Source of the DNA: Eledone cirrhosa
Lineage: Eukaryota
Assembly (NCBI GenBank): GCA_964016885.1
Contig: OZ024743.1
Span: 79,484,001-79,548,000 of the forward strand
Length of the DNA: 64,000 nt
Reading direction: 5' to 3'
How positions within the stretch are numbered: position 1 is the first letter of the stretch; every line of letters starts with the position of its first letter. Below, piece after piece: positions 39,907 through 53,933 of this stretch. The notes under the pieces are model-generated. The model saw nothing but the letters and a program-made list of their open reading frames with translations. It had not been told where the DNA came from and did no database searches. The translations under genes and the position numbers were made by a program.

Positions 39907-41340
39907 TATAGCCTAACGTTACATTATATACCATCACATTTCATTATATACATAAACATTACATTATATACCCTAACGTTACATTATATACCATCACATT
40001 GCATTATATACCCTAACATTACATTATATACCATCACATTTCATTATATACACTAATATTACATTATATACCCTAACGGTACATTATATACCATCTCATT
40101 TCATTATATACACTAATATTACATTATATACCCTAACATTACATTATAGACCATCACATTTCATTATATACACTAATATTACATTATATACCCTAACGTT
40201 ACATTATATACCATCTCATTTCATTATATACACTAATATTACATTATATACCCTAACATTACATTATATACCATCACATTTCATTATATACACTAATATT
40301 ACATTATATACCCTAACGTTAAATTATATACCATCTCATGTCATTATATACACTAATATTACATTATATATCCTAACATTACATTATATACCATCACATT
40401 TCATTATATACACTAATATTACATTATATACCCTAACATTACATTATATACCATCACATTTCATTATATACACTAATATTACATTATATATCCTAACATT
40501 ACATTATATACCATCTCATTTCATTATATACACTAATATTACATTATATACCCTAACATTACATTATATACCATCACATTTCATTATATACACTAATATT
40601 ACATTATATATCCTAACATTACATTATATACCATCACATTTCATTATATACACTAATATTACATTATATATCCTAACATTACATTATATACCATCTCATT
40701 TCATTATATACACTAATATTACATTATATATCCTAACATTACATTATATACCATCACATTTCATTATATACACTAATATTACATTATATACCCTAACGTT
40801 ACATTATATACCATCTCATTTCATTATATACACTAATATTACATTATATACCCTAACGTTACATTATATACCATCTCATTTCATTATATACACTAATATT
40901 ACATTATATACTCTAACATTACATTATATACCATCTCATGTCATTATATACACTAATATTACATTATATACCCTAACATTACATTATATACCATCACATT
41001 TTATTATATACACTAATATTACATTATATACTCTAACATTACATTATATACCATCACATTTTATTATATACACTAATATTACATTATATACTCTAACATT
41101 ACATTATATACCATCACATTTTATTATACACCCTAAAATTACATTATATACCCTAACATTACATTATATACCATCACATTTCATTATACACCCTAAAATT
41201 ACATTATATACCCTAACCTTACATTACACATTATCATATTAGGTTATATACATAATAAAACATTATACACCCTACCACTAAATACTCCACCATACTATTC
41301 AACAATGTTGATCCTTATATTCATATACAAAGAAATATAC

Positions 41341-41386
<46 letters not shown>

Positions 41387-41523
41387 GTCTGTATGTATGT
41401 ATCTGTGTGTGTGCGCGTGTGTGTATGTGTATACATATGTATTCATGTCTATTTCAATATATATATATATATGAGTGTGTGTGCTTGTGGATGAATATGT
41501 GTACATATATATTTCTCTCTCTC

Positions 41524-41616
<93 letters not shown>

Positions 41617-41713
41617 GTAAATACATATATATGCATATATGCAGCATGTATATATATATATATATACACACATATATATATATAAATGTATATATGCATA
41701 TATATGTACACAC

Positions 41714-41775
<62 letters not shown>

Positions 41776-42493
41776 ACACACTCACAAACATAAACACAAA
41801 TGTATACAACACATTTTATTAAGAACGATAACTCTGTAGATTTAATCGGAAAGCATTTTTGGGGGCAGCGTTAGCAACAACTAGTTTTAATGAAATATTT
41901 AGCAATGTATAGATATTTGTAGTGGAAGCAAGGCATGAAACCATTGATTTTCTATCCAGGTCCTGGCATAACTTGCATTTACCACAGGAGGCCATGAAAA
42001 ACCTCTCCTAATCCAACTTTGGCAATAAACTCTACTGCATTACAACATATAAAATATAGCACTCTCTAGATTCTAAACGATAGTGGATCGCTTTTGTTGT
42101 CTGTTTCTTTATTTTTTTGTGTATATATATGTGTGTGTATGTGTGTTTATGTGTGTGTATATGTCTGTATATGTGTATGTATAAGTTTGTATATGTGTGT
42201 GTATATGTATGTATATGTGTATGTATAAGTCTGTATATGTGTGTGTATATGTATGTATATGTGTATGTATAAGTCTGTATATGTGTGTGTATATGTATGT
42301 ATATGTGTATGTATAAGTCTGTATATGTGTGTGTATATGTATGTATATGTGTGCGTAAAAATGAGGGTTTTTAGTGTATGTATATGTACATACGCACATT
42401 CACACACACACACACATCACACATATATATGTATATATATGCGAGCGTATAAATGAGGGTTTTTTTCATTATGTTTATATGTACACACACACT

Positions 42494-42529
<36 letters not shown>

Positions 42530-42630
42530 GGTCATTATATATATATATATATATATAATTATATATATATACTCACACAAACATACATACACACACACAT
42601 ATATATATATACACACACATACATGCATAG

Positions 42631-42675
<45 letters not shown>

Positions 42676-42749
42676 TACATACAGACACACATACACACAT
42701 ATATATGACATACATCATTAAGACAAGTTTTACAGTTAACTAGTAATTC

Positions 42750-43560
42750 AACCACTCTCTCACACACACTCTCTCTCTCACACACTCTCTCACTCTCTCA
42801 CACACTCTCACACACTCTCACACACACTCTCTCTCTCACACACTCTCTCATGCACTCTCACACACACTCTCTCACACACACACACACTCTTACACACATA
42901 CTCTCTCACACACTCTCTCTCTCTCACACACTCTCTCATACACTCTCTCACACACTCTCTCTCTCACACACTCTCTCACACATTCTCACACACACTCTCT
43001 CTCTCTCACACACTCTCTCTCTCACACACACTCTCTCTCTCTCTCACACTCTCTCTCTCACACACTCTCTCACACATTCTCACACATTCTCACACACACT
43101 CTCTCACACATTCTCACACATTCTCACACACACTCTCTCTCTCTCACACTCTCTCACACACTCTCTCACTCACTCTCTCACACACACTCTCTCTCACACT
43201 CTCTCACACTCTCTCACACACACACTCTCACACACTCTCTCACACACTCTCTCACACACACACTCTCTCACACACACTCTCTCTCTCTCTCACAAACACA
43301 CTCTCTCACACACACTCTCTCTCTCACACACTCTCGCACACACTCTCACACACATACTCTCACACACACTATCTCACACACTCTCTCACACACACACTCA
43401 CACACACTCTCGCACACGCTCTCTCTCACACACACACTCTCTCACACACTCTCTTTCTCACACACACTCTCTCTCTCACACACACATAGTCTCTCACACA
43501 CTCTCTCTCTCCTTACACACACACACACACTCTCTCTCTCTCTCTCTTTCCCTCTCTTTC
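42750..43560. repeat. Mixed (CT)n/(CA)n low-complexity tract
   Basis: Directly visible. Confidence 0.9.
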
Positions 43561-44366
43561 TTATGATCTAATATATCCCCCTTCTTCCACTTACCCTCTC
43601 ATTCATATTGTCATGTATCTCACTCATTCCTCCTTCTTATCCTCGTCCTCCTCCTCCACCTCCTCCCCCACCACCTCCTCCTCCTCCACCTCCTCATCCT
43701 CCCCTCTCTCTCTATACTTTTATCTAGCCATATACACCCCTCACTTCCCCTCCACCCATCTATTTCATCGTTCTGTATACCCCCCTACCCCCTACCCCCC
43801 TTCTCTCCCATCTCCCCCTCTATCATACCACCTCCCCATCTCCATCTCTCTTCCCGCTCCCACTCTCTCCTTTCTCCCCTCTCTTCCGCCTCCTCTCTCG
43901 CCCTCACTCCCCTCTCTACACTCTCTCCTCCTCTCCTCTCCCCTCTTCTCTGCCCTCTGCCCTCCCCCCACTCCCTCTCTCTGCCTCTATCTGTTATACT
44001 CCCCTAACAACGTCATGTTGTCTACAGTAACGATGTCTGACAATTTGAGGCTAACTTGTTGTATTGATGACTTCTACAATTTACTGTTGGAAATAGAACC
44101 ACATTTTTACCTGCTTCTGTTAGATTCCTTGTCTTACACACACACGCACACACATGCACAAGCACACACACATAAACAAGCACACACACACATACACATG
44201 CACACACACATACACACACACACACACATACACATACACACACACGCACACATCCACACACATCCACACGCACGCACACACACACACATGCACACACGCA
44301 CACGCAAACTCACGCACACGTGCATGCATCTACGTTTTGGACGTGTTCCTAAATCAAAAACCGTTT

Positions 44367-44402
<36 letters not shown>

Positions 44403-44667
44403 GGAAAATAGTCAGGGCCCCGACGGCAGAGCTCAAGCCATTTCGAGGGCGATTTCTGGACCTCTGCCGTCGGGGTCTTGACTTTTAGAATTTGTTGTAT
44501 ATATGTAATTCACTTTCAACGCTTGACCGGCTCCACCACTCTCTCCTTATTCTACAGGCAAGTTCAGCCACCCCACCTCCCACCCACTGCCATGAAAGAC
44601 TTAATTGTGTTAACAAGAAATTTTGACCAGTCCTTTTAACAACTACATTCTTCCCATATAAGGAATT

Positions 44668-44762
44668 ACCCCTTGGAAAGTTCGGCTATTTAATACCACG
44701 CTAACATTTCTAATTTAGTCCAGAAATAGCCCTCGAAACGGCTTGAGCTCTGCCGTCGGGGT
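44668..44762 (+). ncRNA. Family E hammerhead remnant (5' core decayed)
   Basis: ACCCC ttggaaa g..GGCTATTT...AAATAGCC ctc GAAA CGGC ttgagctct GCCG TC GGGGT. Stems I-III and the GUC site are present but CUGANGA is not intact. Confidence 0.5.
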
Positions 44763-44855
44763 CTTGAACATTTTCCTATTACCCACTTTACTACCCTAAG
44801 TATTGAGTACTCTGGTGCGTTATAGCCCACCTGATCCCTTACCACACTTCCTTCG

Positions 44856-44911
<56 letters not shown>

Positions 44912-45160
44912 ATAATAGGATATGTGTTCCTTCACGCACAAGGCGCTAAGGGACGCATGTATTGTCCAACCAAATGCCAATGTGGTTCAATGGCAGGTTA
45001 ATAAATTAACGAACCAGAACATATATAAACAAGGTTTAGCAAATAATGAAACAGTTTCTAAATAAATTTTAAAAAATTGACTTTACCTACTATAGTTACC
45101 TTTACCGATCGGTTTCGAATCCCAAAAATAAACGGAGACCATACTTATATATATATATAT

Positions 45161-45705
45161 GAGAGACGTAAAATAAGAAAATTATAAAATTAACTTACTT
45201 ACTAAAATTTCACTCCAACTAATTAGTTTCTGAAAGGGAATAAACATACTTTCCGAAGAAACGTGCGGAGAAGCCTTTCGTCATCAGAGAAGTCTATACT
45301 CAGCTAAGTTTCCAGGCAATACGTGGACACAGGGAACTTATCAAAAATAATTCAGTGGATGGAAAAAAGCAAAGCGTAGTGCTTTTTTCCATCCACTGAA
45401 TTATTTTTGATAAGTTCCCTGTGTCCACGTATTGCCTGGAAACTTAGCTGAGAATAGACTTCCCTGATGACGAAAGGCTTCTCCGTACGTTTCTTCGGAA
45501 AGTATGTTTATTCCCTTTCAGAAACTAATTAGTTGGAGTGAAATTTTAGTAAGTAAGTTAATTTTATAATTTTCTTATTTTACGTCTCTCATATTATTGT
45601 TCTGCATCCCCATGCATTGAACCACAAAGTTACTAAGACAAAACCTATATATTTGCTAGCATAGGTATGCATCTGTGTATATATATATTACTAGATATAC
45701 TAATT

Positions 45706-45710
<5 letters not shown>
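45161..45710. mobile_element. Family C palindromic insertion (arms 45161-45375 and 45381-45590)
   Basis: Near-perfect ~215-bp inverted repeat; each arm has an HHR; (TA)n outside. Confidence 0.85.
45460..45538 (+). ncRNA. Type I hammerhead with long stem II (family C); mirror copy at 45213-45291 (-)
   Basis: TTCC CTGATGA C GAAAGG...TTTC TTCG GAAA...CCTTTC A GAAA CTAATTAG TT GGAG. Confidence 0.68.
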
Positions 45711-45743
<33 letters not shown>

Positions 45744-46035
45744 AGAGCGGGTAACGTTAAGTTACTGTAGGTTCAGCCAGGTGAGCACTCAATGTTTAAA
45801 TTCACGGCAGTATCGAGGTGTAGAGCTAAACAGAGTGTAATATAATAATACAAGGACGATTTGTTAAGACTTCATTACATTTATTGATTACAACACTATT
45901 ACAACAGCAGAGGGCCGATGAGCTTTTAATTCCAGAGTCGGGCTAGATTGATACAGATTGAACCTTGAGCTGATCAATAGCGAAACGTGCGGCAACAATC
46001 AATAAACGTAATGAAGGCTTAACAAATCGTCCTTG

Positions 46036-46103
<68 letters not shown>

Positions 46104-46106
<3 letters not shown>

Positions 46107-46212
46107 TTTATCCCGGGTGTTCAATCGGGGGTAACCACAGTAAGTAAGGCACTCAATACAAAGCAGAGTGGACTAGAACTGTTTCATTCGGGAGAAATCA
46201 TCAGGAAGCCCC
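46104..46212 (-). mobile_element. Family G short copy with partly deleted HHR
   Basis: Minus strand CTTC CTGATGA TTTCTCCCGAAT GAAACAGTTCTAGTCC, then the same tail as 57760-57824. Confidence 0.7.
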
Positions 46213-46226
46213 TATACACACACACG

Positions 46227-46266
<40 letters not shown>

Positions 46267-46500
46267 ACGAAGGAAGTGTGGTAAGGGACCAGGTGGACCA
46301 TAAAGCACCAGAGTACTCAATACTTACTGTAGTAGAGTGGGTAATAGGAAAAGGTATGACCCCGACGGCAGAGCTCAAGCCGTTTCGACGGATATTTCTA
46401 GAAATACCCTAAGTATTGAGTACTCTGGTGCGTTATGGTCCATCTGGTTCCTTACCACAATTCCTTCATTATATATATATATATATATATATATACAGTA

Positions 46501-46581
<81 letters not shown>

Positions 46582-46621
46582 TGTGTGTGTGTGCATGTTT
46601 GTGCGTGTGAGAGAGAGTGTA

Positions 46622-46791
<170 letters not shown>

Positions 46792-48157
46792 TGTTGTGAG
46801 AGAGAGAGAGACAGAGTGTGTGTGAGAGAGAGAGAGTGTGTGTGTGAGAGAGAGAGAGCAATACACTATTGTAAATGCAGTGAAGCTGAATGAGACGCTA
46901 GGATATTAGATTAAATCTACGAAGCTCCAGTTGCCATACACACCTTATCTGATAAACTAGAGTTTATTACTAGAAAATTAATTTAGATCAAGGCTAGAAA
47001 TATGTTGAATTATATTGAATTAATCAATTAATCAGCTCGATGGTGAATTAATTAGTTAATCTCTTCTGTGTTATATAAAGAAACACTCGAAATAATGTTC
47101 TAAGTAACCGCTAGCTGGTCTGGCACCAATAAACTATTGGATGATATCAAGTGATTCTCAACAGAATCGACTGATAAAGAGTCAAACTCTAATGACCTGT
47201 GAAATAATTTCAGATCAGCTCTCTCTTGAAAGCAATGAAACACTGGTTAATTATATAGTGTTCCCGCTCCTGGGCTTTTGAGAATTCTAAATCTAGTGCC
47301 GTTCCTCAACTCTGGTCACTTTCTCTCATGTCATAGTTAAAGACAATTTAATAATTTGTTTCTACCTCCCTACTCATCACCATCGGCACGGAGTTGGTTA
47401 CCCCCTTGTGAAGGCTTCATGTGTTGGAATGGTTCTTCCAACGCTCACACGCACTATAACTATTTACAAGGACAAATGTAAAGTTAGAGCACAGGACTTT
47501 GGACTAGAAAACACATTTCTTATTGTATTAACATGACAGTTACAAAACGCATTGTATGTGTGTGTGTGTGTGCAAATTCTAACGAGTTACAGACAGGGAT
47601 GTATATAAATAAATATACAAATACACATGGTGAATTATTATGGTTGGTAATACTGTCACAGTATCTATAGTATATTCATTGTCAGCATGTATTGTCTTGT
47701 CTCAACAGGATTAATAGCAGAGATTGCTATAATGCTACACGTGGTTAAGTACAGGGATCTAGCCCATTGCCGTTTCGATAGCTAGATGTAGCTGTCGAAA
47801 CGGCCGGAGCTCAGCCGTTGGGGTCCTGACTCTTTTCCTATTACCCACTCTACTACCCTAAGCATTGAGTTCTCTGGTGCGTTATGGTCCACCTGGTTTC
47901 TTACCACACCCTCCTTGTTACATATATATATGTATATATATATATAATAACTAGAAATTGATTAACATATGCGATATGGCGCACATATATATAGGAAAAG
48001 AGTCAGGACCCCGACGGCTGAGCTCCGGCCGTTTTGACAGCTAGGTCTGAACGCTCAGCCGTCTGGGTCCTGACTATTTTCCTATTACCCACTCTACTAC
48101 CCAGTATCGAGTACTTTGGTGCGTTATGGTCCACCTGGTTACTTACCACACTTCCTT

Positions 48158-48206
<49 letters not shown>

Positions 48207-48209
<3 letters not shown>

Positions 48210-48523
48210 ATAATAATAAATTTGAAGACTAAAATCCAAAGAGGTCTCGATAAGGATAAATATATATCAAATATATAAGAACCGTGGTTTTGTCTTTGCT
48301 TGTAATTGTTTTCACCGCTCCAAATTATGACGTATTATCTTTGTCTTTATCCGTCTTTTGCCAGGGAACGTTTCCATGAACCAAAGTATCGTCTTCCTGT
48401 CTTCCTCCGGTTGCAACGTTTTTTGAAATATTTACTTCTGCGTTCACAGATTGATTCTTTTAGTTTCAGAAGATCCCGTTAAGGGTGAAAGCAGCGATTC
48501 TTTGCCTAAACTTTAATCTCTTA

Positions 48524-48531
<8 letters not shown>
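48207..48531. mobile_element. Family B head-to-head copy
   Basis: Minus tail 48207-48284 joined to plus 3' region 48284-48531, with the HHR-like fold at 48446-48520. Confidence 0.75.
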
Positions 48532-48595
<64 letters not shown>

Positions 48596-48724
48596 AAGTT
48601 TTATTTAAATTGTTGGGTTACAACGAGTAAATATTTATAACTGATATAAAAGCACTCAACAAGTATTTGGAGTATATTTACGATATTAAATAAATGGAAA
48701 CTATATTTATAAAACCATATTTAA

Positions 48725-48773
<49 letters not shown>

Positions 48774-49199
48774 ATATATATATTATAAAGATATGACGGC
48801 TGAGCTCTTGCCGTTTCAACAGCTAATTCCGGACTCATATAGCCATATTTCACTACCCCAAGTAACGAGTACACTGTTCTGGAATGCTCTAACTAGATTA
48901 AATAAATTGAATTTCGTGCGAAATTTAATGCACTTAATCACACGAAAGTCACCAACCAAGCAAATTACGTTTTAAACAGCAATCTGAGCCATTTTATCCG
49001 TGTAAAACAGAAACAACTTTCGAACAAGATGCAAGGCAAACCCCAACAGAACCACAAACCCTCCATCTCAATTTTACATTTGAAAATCATAAGAACTGTG
49101 AAACCGGTAAAGTAAATAAATAAATATTCTTAAAAGACTTCAGTTACATTTTCGATTTCTTTTCTTTATAATCTCACCTGTGGGCCATATATACATATG

Positions 49200-49322
<123 letters not shown>

Positions 49323-50610
49323 AATTTACGCGGCAACAGGTACATATAGTTATTAAAGTAAATTCTATGCGGTCTCAAAGGTGGGCATTATTCACACACA
49401 CATACACATACACATACACAAATAACCACACACACACACACAAATAACCACACACATACACATACACGCACAAAATAACCACACACATACACGCACACAA
49501 ATAACCACACATAACCACATATACACGTACATACACAAATAATCACACACACATACACGCACACAAATAACGACACATACACATGCACACAAACAACCAC
49601 ACATACACAGACACACACAGGCACACACATACATACACAGAAATATACACATACACATACAGACAGACACATACACATACACACAAACACACACACACAA
49701 ATAAAGTATAATAAGGAACAATACGATCGGACAGAATGTGTGAGGGTGGGAGAATGTAGAAATATAGAGTATGTGTATGTATGTGTTTGTGCGTGTATGT
49801 GTGTGTATGTGTATGTATGTGTATGTGTATGTGCGTATGTCTGTGTGTATGTGTGTGTATGGGTGTCTGTTAATGTATGTGTGTGTGTATGTGTGTGCAT
49901 GTGTGTGTGTGTGTGGTTTATGTGTGTGTGTATGTATATGTGTGTATGTGTGTGTATGTGTGTGTATGTTTGTGTATGTATGTGTGTATGTGTGTATGTC
50001 TGTATGTGTGTGTATGTGTGTGTATGTGTGTATGTGTATGTGTGTGTGTATGTGTGTGTATGTGTGTGTATGTGTGTGTCTATGTGTGTGTATATGTGTG
50101 TATGCGTGTGTATGTGTGTGTGCATGTGTATGTGTATGTGTGTATGTTTGTGTATGTGTGTGTATGTGTGTATGTTTGTGTATGTGTGTATGTGTGTATG
50201 TGTGTGTTCATGTGTGAGTGTATGTGTGTCTGTGTATGTGTGTCAATATGTGTGTGTATGTGAGTATCTACGTGTGTGTGTCTGTGTGTGATGTGCGTGC
50301 GTGTGTATCTGTGTATGTGTGTGTATGTGTGTGTATGTGTGTATGTGTGTGTGTATGTGTGAGCATGTGTGTAGTGTTTGTGTGTGTGGCGTGTGTCTGT
50401 TGATATATGTGTGCATGTGTGTGTGTGAGTGGTATATGTGTGTGTGTATGTGTGTAGGAGGGGGACAAGTGAAGGAGTTGGTTTATGAATTATTTTGAGA
50501 CATAGACAGGACACTGTGGAGATATATTGGAGAAAAATGATGAAGAAACATGTTACAAAGATAACACACACATGTATACACACATTATCTGTGTGTATAT
50601 ATATATATAT

Positions 50611-51216
50611 GTCAGGTCACCAGTTGGTGCTACTGGTAACATGTATCCCAGTACAACCTGTCCCATGGTCGGGTCGTTGGCGACTAAACTGGCAACCCCA
50701 CCAAGGTTTCTTGGTGAGGAGGGTGACTTTGGACATCCTGCAGGACTAAAAACAAAACCTGTCAAAGGGCAAAGGAGCTCTTAAGAGTCAATGGCCATCC
50801 AAAATCACCGGGAGAGATGACCCCTTAGCCTTTGTCAAGGCAGAATTCTAGGAGAAGGAAAACTCTGATATAACACCTGCAACCCTGATGGTATCCAATG
50901 ATGTTGACTTGTTCTTCTTTTTGGTAAATATCATCTTGGTTAAGAGAGTGGGACTGGCTTTGTGCAGTGCCTTTGCTCACTATAAAAGCTTCACGGCACA
51001 GGCATTGCTTTATATCTGGAGATCTCTCTGCACTTGTCGTCACATGGTACCATGGGCCCAGCACTATGTGTCAGTAATTGTCACAAGTGTAGTGTTTGTA
51101 CCAGAGTTTTCAAGTCGCTGGCTGGACTAAAAAGTCACACTCGTTCAGCGCATCGGTAGGGGTTCTCCTACATGGATATAAAGTAGTGGCCGTACTCGAA
51201 AACGAGTTGGCAGCCA

Positions 51217-51218
<2 letters not shown>
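50611..51218 (+). mobile_element. RTE-derived non-autonomous element (~610 bp)
   Basis: Longer copy of 10008-10467; (TA)n on both sides. Confidence 0.6.
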
Positions 51219-51292
<74 letters not shown>

Positions 51293-53933
51293 GGTAAAAT
51301 TTCTTTAAGTCGTTTGGAAGCCTCGACAATGCAGATGGGTAAATCTCCGGGTAACAAGATCCGGTGGTGGAGAGAGAGATGTAAGTGGGTGTACGTTGAG
51401 ATGCGGGGCGTGTATAAGACTGTAACGTGTAGAGGAATGAAGGAAAGAGCGTAAAGGATAAAAATAAAAATAGCAACACGAGTAAGAGTTACCTTGGGAG
51501 AGATTTAATTGTCCCTATATATTTCGGATTCACATCCATCAACTGTGGCTTTTTCCGGTGGGGGGGGGGGGGTTGTCTGTCGGAAAGGTGCGAAACGTGT
51601 TCTCCGCTGTTCGTTGTTTTGAATATCTGAGGTATTCAGCAGAGCACGCGTGCGCGTGAAATTCAGTCGGTCAGGCAGAGATCAGCGTCCGAAGTAGTTC
51701 TTTCAATTGTGGGAGTCGGGCGGCGCTAGCTGTCAGTCCATTCTCTGGCTGTTTGGTGAATGTTACTGTGTGTGTGTTGTTGTCTCGCTTGAGTGTGTGT
51801 GTGTGTGTGTGCGTGTGTTGTTGCCTTGTTCCTCTGTATTGGCATTGTAGTATGTTCGTATGGTGGAATGCTACTTTGTGTGTGTGTGTGCGTGTGTTGC
51901 TGTCTCACTTGTGTGTGTGTGCGCGTGTGTTGCTGCATCGTTTGTTAACTTAAACCAACCTCTTCATTTCGCTTCTCTCGGATCGGTTGTTTAATTGTGG
52001 CCCTAGGCGTTTGATCCAAAGTGCTTCCTTGATACGTAACGTGCCGACGTTTCTTTCTGTCGCTAGAATTGTGACAATGGGCCTTCCGTCTTTGTTTCCG
52101 CGTTTGGCTATGTGTTTCCGGAAAGACGAGGCCCTGGTTTTAGTGTGTTCCTTGATCCGGATGTGCAACGGCCGGATTGTGCTACCTATATAGTATTGGT
52201 TGCACTTGTTACATTCTATTTTATACACGACGTATGTGCGTAGGCAACAGTTCGCATGGCGCATCGGGCAGTCTCTGAGGGAACACGCGTCAGTTGATTT
52301 CCCGGGTTTCATGGAGAGGCATCTTCGCAGGGTGGGGCCCGAGTGGGCCAGGTGGATGTCAAGGCCCTCCCTCCGTATAGCCTTGCGGATAGCGTTGGTG
52401 GTATTCTCGCCCAGGTGTGGCATTTTAAGGAAGCACTTGCCTTGGGTGCCTCTCTGTCTCTTGTGTCTTGTGTCTCCTACTCTGTCTGTGAGCGAGGTAG
52501 GTACCTGTTCGTCTCCAGCACCTCGAGGAATCGCTTGGTATGAGTGACACCACTCGTGGGATCGCTGCATATGTTTTTGATTCGTGCGATCTCGTTCGTG
52601 GTGTATCCTCTTTTGGCACTGTTAGAGAGAGCGGACTTGTAGTGGACGAACAGGTCCCTGCAGGCTGCCTTTCGGTAGAAGTTGCAGTGGATCCCTCCCT
52701 GTTCCGTGACGTCGATTCGGAAGTCGAGGAGGGCAAGTGACCCGTCGTCGTTGGGGTGTTCAACACTGAAGTCAATGTTCTCATCCGTGTTGTTGAACGT
52801 CTCATAGATTCTGTTCGCCATGTCTTGGTAAGATGTGAGGATGAGGATATCGTCCACGTACCTTGAGAAAAAGGCGACGGCGTTGGGTTTGGCAGGCGTT
52901 GAGTGCTTTGCGCTCGAGGCTGTGCATGTAAGAGATCGCTAGCACACCCGACAGGCTTGATACCATGGGCAGTCCCGAGGTTTGTTGGTATGTTTGGTCA
53001 AGGAATCCGAAGTAGGTGTTGTCGACGACGATGGATAGGAGTTGGTGGATGTCATTGGTGTTGAGCCCGAAGCAGTGTAGGTCGGTGGATTGGACGCGTT
53101 CCATCAGTATATTGACGGCCGGAGTGCCGGGACCGTGGTGTAGAGAGCGACTACATCAAGGCTGAAGGCATATCTGTTATTCTTTCTGGTGTCGGGATCC
53201 ATATGATGCAGGCGCTTCAACACCTCCTCGGAGCTGTTAACGTGTCCCGGCAAGGTTCTAAGATGGGTTTGAGTATTCTGGCTAGGAGCCATGAAATTTT
53301 GTAGCGTGGTCCTTCCACGCTCGATACAATGGGCCTGATCTTCAGGTCGGGTCCCTGTTTGTGTGTTTTCACGAGGTGGTAGAAGGCGGGTAGTCTGCTG
53401 TTCCTCGTGAGGAGGTTGTATCTCAGCTTCTTCGGGAGCTTCCGCCGGTCGCAGATGTTGGTCCAGGCGGCGTTGATGTAGTCTTCAATCTGCGCGGGAG
53501 TGATTCCCGTGAACTTGGAGTAGAGGTTGTCATCGTCAAGGTGTTGGAGGGCCAGGGTGTTGTAGGACTCTCTGCTGATGACGCAGAATTCTTTTCCGTT
53601 GTCGGAGGGGAGGTAGATGAGGTTCTTCGATTTTAGGTTGGAGAGAGTGGTGAGTTGAGATTTGGTGAGGTTGTGTGTTGTGCGTGTGTGTGTGTGTGTT
53701 TGTGAAGTATATCCGAGATGGAGTGTTTTAGCCTGATTAGTTTAGTGTCGAGTTCGTGGTTGGTAATGGGGGGTGGAGTGGGTTGTCGGGGTGGTAAGTG
53801 GGGAATTTGGGGTGGGTTGCGTCGGCGCTGTTATTTTATGTGGTGCTGTTGATGGTAGTCACCCATTTAATTTGGTAAGCGGCTCGACAAAAGTTGGCCT
53901 CGATGTTGAGTTTGAGTCTGTCGTCGGTCCCAG
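51293..53933 (-). mobile_element. Penelope-like retroelement, long arm (RT + GIY-YIG, frameshifted)
   Basis: Minus strand: NLTKSQ..YLPSDNGKEFCV..FYHLVKTHK..IRPIVSS, FSLDVVALYT, QTSGLPM, RYVDDILIL, VYKIECNKCNQYYIGSTIRPLHIRIKEH. Stop at 51950; the 3' UTR runs to (AT)n at 51292. Confidence 0.92.

Larger units (their letters stand above)
38110..41240. repeat. 20-bp satellite with a 60-bp higher-order repeat at ~40020-41100
   Basis: ACATTATATACCCTAACATT family. The trimer ccatcacatt/cactaatatt/ccctaacatt repeats in register every 60 bp. Confidence 0.95.

Noticed and set aside
50611-50740. HDV-like or twister ribozyme in the RTE-derived leader
   Set aside because: Partial elements are present (CCAGT/ACTGG, GG-hairpin-CTAA), but there is no room for the P1 3' strand and twister pseudoknots do not fit.
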